Shown here in pieces: positions 12,901 to 23,910 of a stretch of 64,000 bases of DNA (position 1 is the first letter of the stretch; the number at the start of each line of letters is the position of its first letter). The notes under the pieces are model-generated. The model had not been told where the DNA came from and searched no databases. It saw only the letters and a program-made list of their open reading frames with translations. The position numbers and the translations under genes were made by a program. Source of the DNA: Fimbriosthenelais zetlandica (lineage: Eukaryota); NCBI GenBank assembly GCA_977030845.1, contig OZ365109.1:44144001-44208000 (forward strand), in the 5' to 3' direction.

Positions 12901-15900
12901 CTTTTATTCATCTTCCTCATGGGAAGTGAACTTTATGCATTTTTATGAATATTTGATGATACAGAAATTCCTTTATAAACCTTGATAAATTATTACACAA
13001 TCGAGAGTCGCAGCATATAGCAGCCAACATTACAGCCACTGTCACCACCCACCTCCCCTAGCAGCAGCTTCGACTACTAAACGTGCACTTCAGAGACAAC
13101 TGGAGGGAATCAGCATCAAAAGCATGGGATCAGCATAGCCATCAATGATAGTGCATTTAGATATTATGACAACTAGTATAGTTAAAAGCCGATAGGCTGG
13201 TGACGTGTATTAGGTCTACTGACCGGTTTTCGGCAATGACAAAGTGATTGAATCACGGCTAAACAAGTCTCGTTTGTTTCACTGCCTTCAGGCCGCATCC
13301 CCATACATTCTAGTGGGCCTGCGCTAACAGTCTTGTCAATTTTTTCCTCACCTCAAAATTATTGTTGAAATCAGTCTGCAGCTCCTTCATGCTACACTCA
13401 GCCGAGTCTGCCTCAATGCTGTACGTATATCCCTCCACCTCCTCCGAGCACAATCCTCGTATATATATCCTGGTAACCGGGGTCATAAGTATCTAAGACC
13501 TGCCACAATATGGATATGAGAAAAACACTCAAATCCACCATATGATTTCCTCTACACCAATCAAGTCATGGTCCAATGATTTTCTTGTGATTGCCTTCCA
13601 AACTGTCTAGGCCTATACATAGGGCTACCTGTACTCTTGGTTTTAATTTCATGTTGGTTTATTATGAGATCGCAAACAATGCATGGCTACAAATAGTACA
13701 ATCACTCTCTGTATAGAGAAACGGAAAGGTTGAAGAAAACAGGATTTGCTGGATACAGATGTCAGTCTGACAATGGGCAAATTAGCATGCATGCAAATGA
13801 ATTAATATTTGTAAATTATATATTAAGTTTATTATTAAAATTAGAAATTAAAAACTAAATTTCTCATGCAGGTGATTACAACGGAAGCTGTTACTTTGAT
13901 GGTGCAGACCTATGTGGATATACACAATTCTCCTGGTCCGGCAAGGCAGAGTGGCAGACCTTTCCTATCGCACTAGCGGAACTGGCATTTCAGGCCGCAA
14001 AAGACGGTTATGGAGAAAGTAGTAAGACTGTTTTAAATAAATATCAGAATAATTGTTATCTTACACGGAACATGGCATTACGCCAGTAGATTAGGGGCCT
14101 GTTTCAGCGTAGAAAATTTCCCATAGAGTTAGCATTGCTAACGGTTGTTCTGAAACAGGCCCCTGCTCAAGCCTGATCTCTTCAACTATGGGTTTCACGG
14201 GAGTTACAATGAAATGATGATTTTTTTAGCTGAACGAGAGTACTACACAGACGCTTCTGGTTGTTTCGCGTCTCCCGGTTATCCAGACACTTATGATCGG
14301 GACGAATACAGAACCTATGTGATTGGAGGTGCATTAGGGACAACCGTAGAGCTTGAGTTTATTGGCGATTACGATGTAGAAGAAACTTATGACACTATTG
14401 AAGTAAGTCTTTTTCTTTTTCGTTATAACCAGGGTGTGCTATAAATAGGGCATCCTTAGTGTTTCTGCGGTCCTGTGAAATTTCACAGTACGCATCACTA
14501 GTACGCCCCTATTATTAATATGAATTAATGAGGTTGACAAACACTGATAAAGAACATAATATTATACAGTAAATGTTTATGACAATCATGGTGAACTTGT
14601 CTGTTACTTCTGAAAATGGTCTTGTCCTTATGAAACCACTATGTTCATTCACAACAGTTATGGGAGTACATCAATTATAGCTACGTACACATAGTGACCT
14701 ATAATCAGAATGTGCGGCCGCCAAAATACAACTCGATATCATCTCTTGTGGTACTGGTATTCGCATCCGATGCAGAAAACCAGTTGCAAGGTTTTGAGGC
14801 ATGTTACAAAATAAATGGGTATAATGAAACAGGTGAGTCATAAGCTAATATAATTTATATAAAATTTGTTAAGTTTGGTTAATAGACTCAAATCAGTTAA
14901 TTAATATGAGGGCATGTTCTGTCAGTGGACTCAAATCTAGCATTAGAGAATTAAAAGTCTGAAATTACCCCATATAGCTTACAAAACTTGTTTTAGTAAC
15001 ATTTTACATGTAATAATTTTCCTTTTTGTCCAATATGATTATAGATTATGCGCTTCTACTTGTGGTGACCGGACCTATATCATATAATGCCGAAATAATA
15101 CTAACATCTCCAGAGCTCTATGTAAAGACAGAACAATGTGCCTACATTGCTGTGCAAACCTTGACTACTCATGCGTAGGTTTATCTTTATCATTTCTGTG
15201 GCTATATATATCGCCCTTGAAACTGACTTCTAAGGCAGATGCGGCGGTATATATAGCTGCTACATCTGCTGCACTAGCTGGGGACTTGCATAATTATTTT
15301 GCAAGTGGTCCAGCAAGACTGGTATCTAACGTAATTAGAAAAGTGCCACATCTGCCACTGAAAATCGGACACAAGGGCTGGCCACTACAAAATTCTCACA
15401 ATTCCTATAGGCATAGATTCCATAGGATACCCCCGAACACCCATCCTCAAATTATAGCCTTCCCATTTTTTATCAGGCCTTTCTAAATGATGTCATTATA
15501 ATAACCATGGCCTGTGAGTGAGTAATTTATTGATAATAAAAAATCATTTTGTCTTATAGGGTATGCACCATATCATCGCACGGCCAGGAAGATTGTGAGA
15601 CTATAGAATATCTGGGAGGTGGAATGACGTTACAGTACGACTTTTATTATTATGTAATACCAGTCGGGACACAGTTCTTGAAACTCGTGTTTGATACGAG
15701 TACCGTCTGGGGACAGTCAATTTATGCTGCTATCGAACATATGAATATCTACAACCAGTCTTGTACATCTTTTGGTAAATATTATATTAGTTTTGGCACA
15801 ATGACACTACATGGACTTTACCATAACATACACCTACCATACAAAAGTTTAGACTGTTGTGTTATGTAAGAGGGGGATTGTTCATTATATCTAATGGGCT

Positions 15901-18900
15901 GCAAATTCCAGTATCTCCTGCATCTGCCAACATTTTACGGGTCTTGTGAATATGTACAGAATATAACTTTAGTCATAATATGTTACTTAATCACATCATG
16001 ATGTTTCCATCTTCTAGACGTAGCCCAAAATTTGACGTCTGAAAAATGCCACTTCACCCTCGAGGATGACTGTGGCCTCATGGACATAACCACCCATGAA
16101 TTCTACAGATGGAGACTGCTACGAGAGATCTATGGTAGGCCTACTACATCAGAAAACGTTCTTAATTTTAAATCCTCAATGCAACATACGCTGACAATGA
16201 CATAAGCAATGAGGCAATGTTTCTATACATTGTATTTTATATCAATGGAAATCTAAGCTACTATACTATGTTACTCGGCTACATAATATTATGTGTAATT
16301 TTCTTCAGTATTCAGTGATAAGAAAAATGAATGTTTTTGTTTCCTTTCAAGCTGAATATGCAAGTGCAGAATACCCGGAAAATACCTGTACTTTTTATGC
16401 ACAATGGAGAATTGGTAACAACAATAGTATGGTCCCTACACCCCCGCCAATTGGGGATGTGTCTAATCACCCACCTCCTCCCCCTCCTGGTTCAGAACCT
16501 CCTGTCCCTCCTGGTTCAGAACCTCCTCCCCCTCCTGGTTCAGAACCTCCTGTCCCTCCTGGTTCAGATGATCCTCCCCCTCCTGGTTCAGAACCTCCTC
16601 TTCCCCCTTCTGGCTCAGAACCTCCTCTTCCCCCTTCTGGCTCAGAACCTCCTGCCCCTCCTGGTTCAGAACCTCCTGCTTCTCTTCCTCTTTCACCAAC
16701 CACTATGACAAGCCCTATTACAAGCACCATAGTACCAGCAACTACTACTCCATACGATTCCACTTCACCTAACTATGACGACTATGGTGACTATGACTAT
16801 TCAGCCAGCGGGACAGAACCCTTGAATAGCGAGAAAGAACCCGAAAATGGTAAGACTTTAGTTATAATTAATCTTTGTAAGACAGTGGGTGGGTTGCAGA
16901 AAACCAGTTGGCTTACAGAAATTCTGTTCGCCAAAACCGATGTTGGCAAGCTAGTTGGCGAGCAAAATTAAGCCAAATCCTATACATGTATGTGGTTGGC
17001 GAAACACATCACCAAGAAAAAATGGGCGATTTGGGGATGGCGATGGCGAATCACCAAATATTACATGCAAACCAAAATATTTTTTTAGAACCTATGCATT
17101 AGGCCTAATTAGAACACAACCTAATTAGGCCAAATCCTATTTGTTGTTGGTGAAACACATCGCAAAAATTAGTACAATGATGACAAATCATTTGGCGAAT
17201 TGCCAAATATTATGCAAACAAAAATAGTTCTGTAACCCACGCATTAATTAGAACAACACAACCCTGGCTAAATCCACTCGTTATATATGTTTCAACATAG
17301 GCCTACAATTCTAATTACTATTATTTCTTTCTTTTCTGGTTTAGCGGTCTTCATTTGCAAATTTAGTAAATATGACATCCACGAATGTTCGTTGCTTAGT
17401 CCGAAGCTCAACATTGCATCTGAATCCTGTGCAACATTCATTTTGTCCCTGTACGGTTGTTCCTTCACCACTTCAAGTCTAGTGTTCCTGAAATCTGAAG
17501 GAGAAGATTCTGAGCCAGTGTTCCTTGGACAGACCATGTTAAAACCTTCCTCATCGAAACAGACGGTGGAACTGGAACTAGCCGCAGGTTTTTACGGCAT
17601 TGTGATATCAGCCAGGGCACACTTTGCAGATTTAGTCTTACACGGAATAGAGATAACTGAAGGAGTCTGCATGCAAAATGGTTTGGTTCTGATCATGTTT
17701 TTATAAATTCTTTTACTTTTCTTTTCCATCCTATTTTATAACAGATTTTTATAACAGCATTAATATTTTATAATTATTATTACACTATACTCTATCTGGA
17801 CAATATTTTCCCCCAGAAAAGAAAGATTAAGAATTTTAGCAGCACTGACACATACAGAGACATATCTAAACGGCCATACACGTCAGTTGCTACACCGAAT
17901 ATATATGTATTATGAAAATTAATTCATTCTGTTACTATAGCTACAGTTAATGTGACCAAGCAATACACGGATTTAGATGACGACGAAACGATAGGACCAA
18001 CAGTACCTCCAACACAACCTCTACCTCAACCAACAGATCCAAACACAGGAAATGAGTCAGCAGTTCACCATATCTCAAGTAAGAGTCTGCAATAATGTTG
18101 CCAACTCCCCTGTATTTAATCATCCATAAATGGTGTCATTATTATATTAACATTTATCATATTTCTTTTGACAGTCCCTCTGTTATATTAGATATCAGCA
18201 CAAATTCCTTAAAATCTTTTTAGTGTTTACTCGCATGGACACTTTTTTGAATGCCACTGCACATCGTTATGAGGATTTCATACACCAGTAAGTAGGCTAG
18301 AGCCAAACTCCACCAATTATTGTCCTTTATTGTCCTTAAGTATTTAAGCCAATATTGTACTCTAATAATTAATTCATTAGCTAATAATACATGTACATGT
18401 ATACCACATCTCACATTTAGTCTAATGGCCATAGGAAAGTTGATCGATATAGAGTAAATAACACTCAGATATTTCATCTATTTCAGCTGCACATGGAACA
18501 ACGAAATCTGTAATGGCACTTCCTTTACCCAAGAATTTACTGATATGGGTCTCTGCTATACGTTTAATGGGCGAAATTCAAAGCAACAACTCCTATCCCA
18601 AACAGCAGGTGAATTATCACTAATCCATCTTTAATGTCTGATCTTGTGTGATTAACGGACATCCTCATCCTGATTAGGAACCATATAGATCTGTTCATCC
18701 CCCTCTCGCAAAACTTTTGCGATCCCTCATTGGACCTCCGTACCAAGTCTCGCTGATAAAAACAAATTGAAGGGAAAGTGCTGCGACTGGCTCCGACTTG
18801 CAAAAGATCTGTCACAGCACTGCAGCAAGCCAATGATTTCCTTAGGATGCTCTCGCTGAATGTATTTTTCTCTTGCTGCTGGCCCAGCGAGGGCGCAATT

Positions 18901-21900
18901 TTTCTTAGAATCACTTTGAGCGAAACTTGGCACCGAGAGGTCATGTGAGGGCTCGCAGAAGTTTTGCAAGCGGGAGGAAGTTTGTCTAAGTTTTAGATGT
19001 TGTTTAATTGTGTTGATCAGGTGCAGAACATGGTCTCAATTTGAAAATATATCTGGAGAACAATGAACGTACTGGCGGACCTTTTCCTGATGCAGGAATC
19101 AAGGTCTCGTTGTCTTTACAATCTTTACAACACAATTTTTGTCAAGAATGATTTCATAATAGTAGCCTCAATTAAACCTATATGACGTGTTTTATGTGCA
19201 AAACCCTTATATCAGACTGTTTCTACTTATGCACGTAGATCCATCTCCATGATCCTAGCAACCTGCCAATGGTTAGTGAGACTGGTTTTGCTGCACCTCC
19301 TGGTCTCCATTCCCTTTTTTCCATCAAGTACACAGAGGCAAGTTTTTACAATCATATTTGTTTAACATATTATTGTTGTTAGACTCCTTTTAGTTTAAGA
19401 TGACAAAATGTTGGTCGGGGGATTTGACTAAATTTCTATGTAGTCATCCAAAATTGATATCATCTTTATTATGTGTAATCTCATGACAGACTACAAGTTT
19501 ACCTCAGCCTCATGGTAACTGCACCCAGAAAAATGAATTAACGTACTACCCGGCGGAGGATTACAAGTATACTGTACAGTACTGTCAAACTGAGTGCAAA
19601 ACGCATGCTGCCATTGATGCCTGCAGCTGCAAGGAAGCATACATGTCTGGTGTGTACAAACATTATACAAAATATAGACATGTAATTCAGAAATGCTGCA
19701 TGTCCTATATTCATTTAGCCTCCATTTGTTTGATGCATTCGAATGTTATATAATCTATCTGCAGAATTCAAAAGCGTTAAATTATTAGATCTTCTTTTTC
19801 ACAGGAAATGCTCCATCAACTGTATGTAATATGGACGAATACATCAACTGCATTCTTCGTGCTACCTGTAAGCCTGTCGAGGATTTGTATCTACATAAAT
19901 TTAGTTCTGGACATATACATGTATATAATAGTAGTTAATATTATAACGGTTTCAAATAGCAGTAAACAATATGATTTACTTCAGTTTATGCAGGTTTCAT
20001 GTAAATTTGTACTGAATGTTATATTTATCTATGCATTGTTGAAAACTCGTGTGATTAATGCAATTTGACTTCACCTAGTTTGTCAGCATGCATTTTTGCA
20101 ACTCTTGAACATTAACTTCAACTGTTAATTGCAGCAAAAAAGGTACATTCCTCGGAATGCGAGACAGATCAATGCCAGATAGGCTGCGAGGTCAAATCAT
20201 ATAGTATACTTACTTCTGCTGCGATGCTGAGGAAGATGGATCTAATGAAAAGTCTTACCAAAATCGATGAAGAAAACATACAAACTGTGGAAATCAAACA
20301 TAGGACAAATCCCGAGTTACTATCTAACACTGCTAAACAGCTTTTGAACGCCCTCACAGCGATGGAATACTATATGCACATTGCAGAACTGGAATGTGGC
20401 CTCTCATCTGCTTCAAAATACTCCATAGCTGCTAACTCCTTGCTGTCAATACAGAAACGAATCATACAAGATCTTGACACTGCATTAGAAGACCTGAGGT
20501 TGATAGAAAAGGTCTACAAGGACGTGTTTGGCTACAGAAGGGATGTCCTTCATAGAATACTCGAAGAAATATCCAGTAATTATCTGAGGCTTCTTGAGGC
20601 AGATGGATCATCAAATGTAACATACACTGACCCAGAAACGGATGCCACAATAACTGAATTACGTTCCACAGCAGTTGAAGATATTAACTATGCTCTGGAG
20701 ATCATAAATGACATAATCAATAAGGAAGAAGTTCTTTTCGTTCAACCTATGAGAAAGTACATAAACGAAGCCCCGAGTAGCTCAATTGGAAACATAAATA
20801 GTCGATCATATGCAAATCTCATACCCAGCAGAACTAATTACCAGAGGGTGAAACCAGGAGTTGAGACTGGAGAAAGCAGAGACTATACTCCATATAAAAA
20901 CATAAGGAAAGTATTGAGGACAACTTTGAAGCGCATTTCACGCAAAGGGAGACAAAACAATAATTATGCAGATATAGGGAACTTCTTTGATCTAATTCAC
21001 ACAGCTGAAGAAGTTAAGACGCACACTTCTGAGTTCCCAAAAGTCATACAAGAGGTTAAGGACGCTGACACGATATTGCAAAAAATATCTGACCTAACTT
21101 TGATGTTAGACTTTAATTTTGAAGCCGAATCGCAAAATGTTACCATGGTTTATGATGAGCTTAAAGCAGTGTGTAATAATTTCATGAGTGGTAGCATGGT
21201 AAAGTTACAGCTTTCCCTGTCAGTACACGATGGCAAAATAAACAGTTTTATTGACCAATACATAAAACTGCAGCAGAGGATAGATACTAACCTTGCCGAG
21301 AAAATCTTGAATCATGCAGATCAGATTGAAACGTTGTCTCGAAATGCGTATCAAACCTTATTGTGGGCCATGAATGATATGCAAAAGTACTATAGCACAG
21401 ACAGCATGGATTTTGAAGGACGGGCGAGAAACCTCTTTATATGGAGGAAACCGGAATATTCTGCCGATACAAATGGGGCACTAATTACAAAGTACTCCAA
21501 CAGTCAAACTCTGTGGTCTCCGTACAGAAGCCTTGAATCATTCACTGAGGCAAGTCTACCATACATAGATTCCTCAAACAATGCTTTCCTAAAAAAAAAG
21601 TATAATATAAAAAGGCACTTTAATGAAGTTATTATTTTGCATTTTCAGAATGGCGCTGCAAATAGAGTCATACGATTCGTTCTTCAAGACCTCTTCAGTA
21701 CCATAAATGATGAATTTAAAGCCGTCGGAGAAAACTTCCAGAACCTTATTCGTAAAATAGAGACACCTTTTGAAGAACTGAAGAAAGACTTTCAAGCATT
21801 TACGTCAGAGTTGGTACTGGACAACAATTTCATTAGGTGGGTAAATCTTGTGAACTGAGCCTGGGGCTAATTTAGACAAAATAATGGCAATGACCTCCCA

Positions 21901-22414
21901 AGACAATATTAAAGTAAAGTCACTTCTTGGTCATTAATAATATTATTGGTTCCTTGAGTTGATTATTTTGCAAAGTGTCTCAATAGTGTGACTCTCTCTT
22001 CCTTTATAAGCATGCATGTTCGTGAAATCAAGATATTAATTATCTGTTGTTTGCAGCGACAATTTCCTTGAGGTGGATATTTACTTTGGAGAAATGAAGA
22101 AAGAAAAAGTAACACAGGAAGAAGCTTATCCCATCTCTTCATTCTGGGGTGAGATTCAACACACTTAAATGTATACAAGGAGATGACCATGAACGACAAT
22201 ATATTAACAGCCTTGCCAAACTTCTAATCTTTTTAAAATCTATATTTCAGCCGAAGTGGGTGGATTTCTTGGTTTGCTACTCGGAGCCAGTGTTGTGACA
22301 GTCTTTGAATTCATTGATTTGATCGTTTCCAACACTTGCCGGAGGAAACGTGTGGAAGACCCCAAGTTTGCCATGAAAGTCACCCCAATGACACAAAAGA
22401 AACTAATGTTCTGA
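3962..22414 (+). CDS. Giant multidomain DEG/ENaC (ASIC/degenerin-like) channel subunit, paralog 1; exon 6 interrupted by a DNA transposon
   Basis: Exons: 3962-3980, 4233-4332, 4600-4767, 4938-5008, 5134-5526, [5674-5713 / TE / 10168-10264, or TE-derived acceptor 10154-10264], 10971-11324, 11451-11639, 11838-11948, 12189-12341, 12487-12879, 13872-14021, 14230-14402, 14658-14832, 15045-15174, 15560-15774, 16018-16134, 16352-16849, 17345-17680, 17941-18078, 18224-18287, 18487-18608, 19021-19103, 19239-19337, 19490-19649, 19805-19867, 20135-21549, 21649-21836, 22057-22148, 22251-22414. Motifs FTQDTTLHG, LPFPAVTVCN, FTDMGLCYTFN, EVGGFLGLLLGAS. About 2,147 aa if the TE acceptor is used; otherwise a pseudogene. 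Confidence 0.85.
4233..4767 (+). CDS. Paralog 1 exons 2-3: DEG/ENaC N-terminus (HG motif), TM1 and post-M1 strand
   Basis: KWGRLLYDFTQDTTLHGIRY; hydrophobic AIWIILILCTFTGFLAMIIVSLI; LPFPAVTVCNNNMFR. Confidence 0.93.
5134..5526 (+). CDS. Paralog 1 exon 5: PAN/Apple-like domain
   Basis: VTLNGCQILCSDVHGDTCSSIIYVWKTKSCVLL fits the PAN C-x3-C-x7-C...C-x-L pattern; phase 1-1 exon. Confidence 0.7.
5714..10167. mobile_element. Non-autonomous CMC/EnSpm (CACTA-like, CACTG ends) DNA transposon inserted in exon 6 of paralog 1
   Basis: 11-bp TIR CACTGTTAGAA (5714-5724) / TTCTAACAGTG (10157-10167); 2-bp TSD TG (5712-13, 10168-69); subterminal AAATGGC(C/G)G repeats at both ends; removing it restores CAT-TGC-GAA, matching paralog 2 CAT-TGT-GAA; no transposase recognised. 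Confidence 0.88.
8613..9200. repeat. Two diverged tandem copies of a GGGGCACTCGGAATCAAA-headed repeat nested in the CACTG element
   Basis: About 8620-8800 and about 8983-9190 share gcactcggaatcaaa..tagggcttgttt..tgtttttaatcat.catgtacccctttt..caaagagga. Confidence 0.6.
10154..12879 (+). CDS. Paralog 1 exons 6b-11: MAM1, compact kringle, LDLa, MAM2
   Basis: MAM: YDHT, HCLEFYF, GIAIDDI. Kringle: GIDYMG..TTVSGKTC...GPHC...EYCHIPFC. LDLa: [32 protein letters not shown]. MAM2: CEFSDEYLCGY, YLTFFVYF, IALDGIKL. Confidence 0.88.
10349..10592. mobile_element. Short non-autonomous element with imperfect TIRs and internal (TTAGGG)-like microsatellite
   Basis: ATCCAAGATGG..TCTCGCGAGA at left versus TCGCGAGACTT..GCCATCTTAGAT at right; internal gttagggttagg. 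Confidence 0.5.
10786..10884. mobile_element. 99-bp MITE
   Basis: Perfect 21-bp TIR TATAGTCTTTCTCAGCTCAAC / GTTGAGCTGAGAAAGACTATA. Confidence 0.65.
13020..13740 (-). mobile_element. Degraded LINE (CR1/L2-like) endonuclease fragment
   Basis: Minus-strand frameshifted PGY...R..GGG and GD.-like APE motifs; intron 11 of paralog 1. Confidence 0.35.
13872..17680 (+). CDS. Paralog 1 exons 12-19: MAM3 with nested CUB, MAM4 with nested Pro-rich linker
   Basis: CYFDGADLCGY; CUB SGCFASPGYPDTY..YDVEETYDTIE..VLVFASD..QGFEACY; MAM C-half LTSP..C..AAIEHMNIYNQSC; CHFTLEDDCG; (PPGSEPP)n; LLSPKL..C..LHGIEITEGVC. Confidence 0.8.
14094..14163. repeat. Small inverted-repeat element
   Basis: GGGGCCTGTTTCAG ... 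CTGAAACAGGCCCC; related core (tttcccataga..gcattgctaa.ggttgtt) at about 28500-28580. Confidence 0.55.
16478..16680 (+). repeat. Coding 24/27-bp tandem repeat encoding (PPGSEPPx)n
   Basis: cctcctggttcagaacctcct repeated about 8 times in exon 18 of paralog 1. Confidence 0.9.
16860..17280. repeat. Interspersed repeat (TTGGCGA / TCGCCAA / GCCAAATCC modules)
   Basis: Same modules recur at about 34940-35130 in a different intron of paralog 2. Confidence 0.55.
18224..20230 (+). CDS. Paralog 1 exons 21-27 (start): DEG/ENaC palm, beta-ball and Cys-rich thumb
   Basis: DFIHHCTWNNEIC, FTDMGLCYTFNG, GLNLKIYLE, DAGIKIHLHDP, GFAAPPG, PHGNC, YCQTECK..CSCKEAYM, C.IGCEVKSY. Confidence 0.93.
18705..18970. mobile_element. 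MITE
   Basis: TIR CTCGCAAAACTTTTGCGATCCCTCA / TGAGGGCTCGCAGAAGTTTTGCAAG; related copy at about 41994-42186. Confidence 0.65.
20135..21836 (+). CDS. Paralog 1 exons 27-28: helical/coiled-coil insertion of about 500 aa at the knuckle position
   Basis: ORF 20224-21858; long amphipathic/heptad stretches between the post-thumb C-x3-C-x4-Y motif and NFLEVDIYF. Confidence 0.85.
22057..22414 (+). CDS. Paralog 1 exons 29-30: pre-M2 strand, TM2 with GAS filter, C-tail
   Basis: DNFLEVDIYFGEM..AYPISSFWAEVGGFLGLLLGASVVTVFEFID..KKLMF*. Confidence 0.93.
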
Positions 22415-22619
22415 TATGATAGCAAGGAAAAAATGCTGATAGTTATATGAAAGTGAATGCAAATGTACATATTGGCATCAGTTTTAATCTCTTCCCATCC
22501 ATACTGAAAGTTCCCCTCTATACACATCACAGCTGTGCTGACATTATAGTAAATTTTCAATTACGAAACTGTATATAGCCTGCAATAATGCTTTTCAAAT
22601 GATAATGAAACTGCCACAT

Positions 22620-22935
22620 GGTTGTAGTGCCAGTGGCCAGACAGTTGTTAGGAAGGTGGCCGGTAGATGGGTTCAGTGTCAGACTAGATGAATCTCCTTC
22701 AATCTGATCTGAGGTGGCAATCCAGGATCAGACTGTACTGGATGAGTCTGCTATTATGTAAATTTTGTGATACATAACTGATGAAACCTTTGTTCATGTT
22801 TTGATAATTGGGTATATTTGTTCTTGTCCTTTCTCTTTATTTTATTGTCATAGATGTGATCTATGGACCGCCATCTTGTACATAACATGTCTTACTTATG
22901 GATGGGTCTGAAATAAAGTATCTTGTATTGTATTC
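22620..22935 (+). mobile_element. Probable LINE 3' end fragment
   Basis: Ends ATGGA..GTCTGAAATAAAGTATCTTGTATTGTATT, like CR1/L2 3' tails. Confidence 0.35.
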
Positions 22936-23377
22936 AATATATTTATTCTATTATTTTGACCTGCTATTGCAGTGAAATAATTATTTTGGTGTAATATGCA
23001 TGATGTACCTGAAGATGTTTATTCTGTCAAGTAAATTGAATTATTGTTAAATCATGATAAATCCTTACCACTATTGAATATATTAGAATGTGATTGTGAA
23101 TGAGATCCTGTCAGAGTCCAGAAACATGATCATCATTGATCACATTATTACGTCATAATGATGTCACATGACATTAGTTTAATACGCATCTTCTTCTAGG
23201 ACTTCAGAGTCCATAATAAACGGCCATTGCTTGTGACCATTCCTGATGTCATATTGTGACTTCATTTTAGGGGAATTGAGTAATTCTTGCCATTACCTAT
23301 CTATGTACCCAATACCATTTATCTAACTCCAATACCTAGACGGAATTCGCCACAGTAGTCAGAGAAAAGTCGATACA

Positions 23378-23910
23378 ACAGTAATATTAAATGCATTTTC
23401 CAATCAGACAATACATTTACCCATCAACCTCTTGCCAGAGAGCATTAGATGTCTTGAATAATTTAACTCGACGACAGATTTCTTTGGTGACATGCACTTT
23501 AGCAAGTCATGCGTGTGAAGATCGATGCTCTATGGTTTGAAACCTTTGATGGATAACTCGATTCTCTTGTTTTCTTTCGCATACTGTCATTATTGACACC
23601 CTTTCAATGTGCAAATTTGGATGTTTGATGATGACAGAGACAAAAGCTTCGATCCTGATAAGATCAATCAATGTCCCTAGATATTTCTACTTCTGTTAGC
23701 AGATGCAAAACCTGTTAGAAGATAGATTTTGAATTAACCCTTCTGTTCAGGTGGGGAGTCAATCAATTTCAAGGGGTTTAGCGAGGTATAGTGTCTGGTG
23801 GCCGAGTCATTGTTAGATCTATAGGCTGGTTCAGTGTTGTTCTCGACACCGGGAGCTTCAGAGCGGGTCGTTCCCTGGTGCAGCCATGGATGAAACAACC
23901 AAAGCTAAAG
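23378..23910 (+). promoter_or_regulatory. Duplicated upstream/promoter region of paralog 2, homologous to about 3389-3980 upstream of paralog 1
   Basis: Shared blocks, e.g. gagagcattagatgtcttgaataatttaa, gacaccctttcaatgtgc.aatttggatgtttga, tcgatcctgataagatcaa, gagcttcagag. Confidence 0.6.

Noticed and set aside
16331-16763. Overlapping ORFs 16331-16708, 16463-16699, 16467-16763
   Set aside because: Alternative-frame and antisense shadows of the PPGSEPP repeat.
5134-18078. Module exons as an independent MAM/LDLa gene nested in a channel intron
   Set aside because: Same strand, phase-compatible with channel exons on both sides, no own start, signal peptide or stop, and identical arrangement in three paralogs.
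19490-19649. Possible frameshift in paralog 1 exon 25 (PYG motif)
   Set aside because: On rechecking the frame is intact; it is a TAT to CAT substitution (PHGNC).
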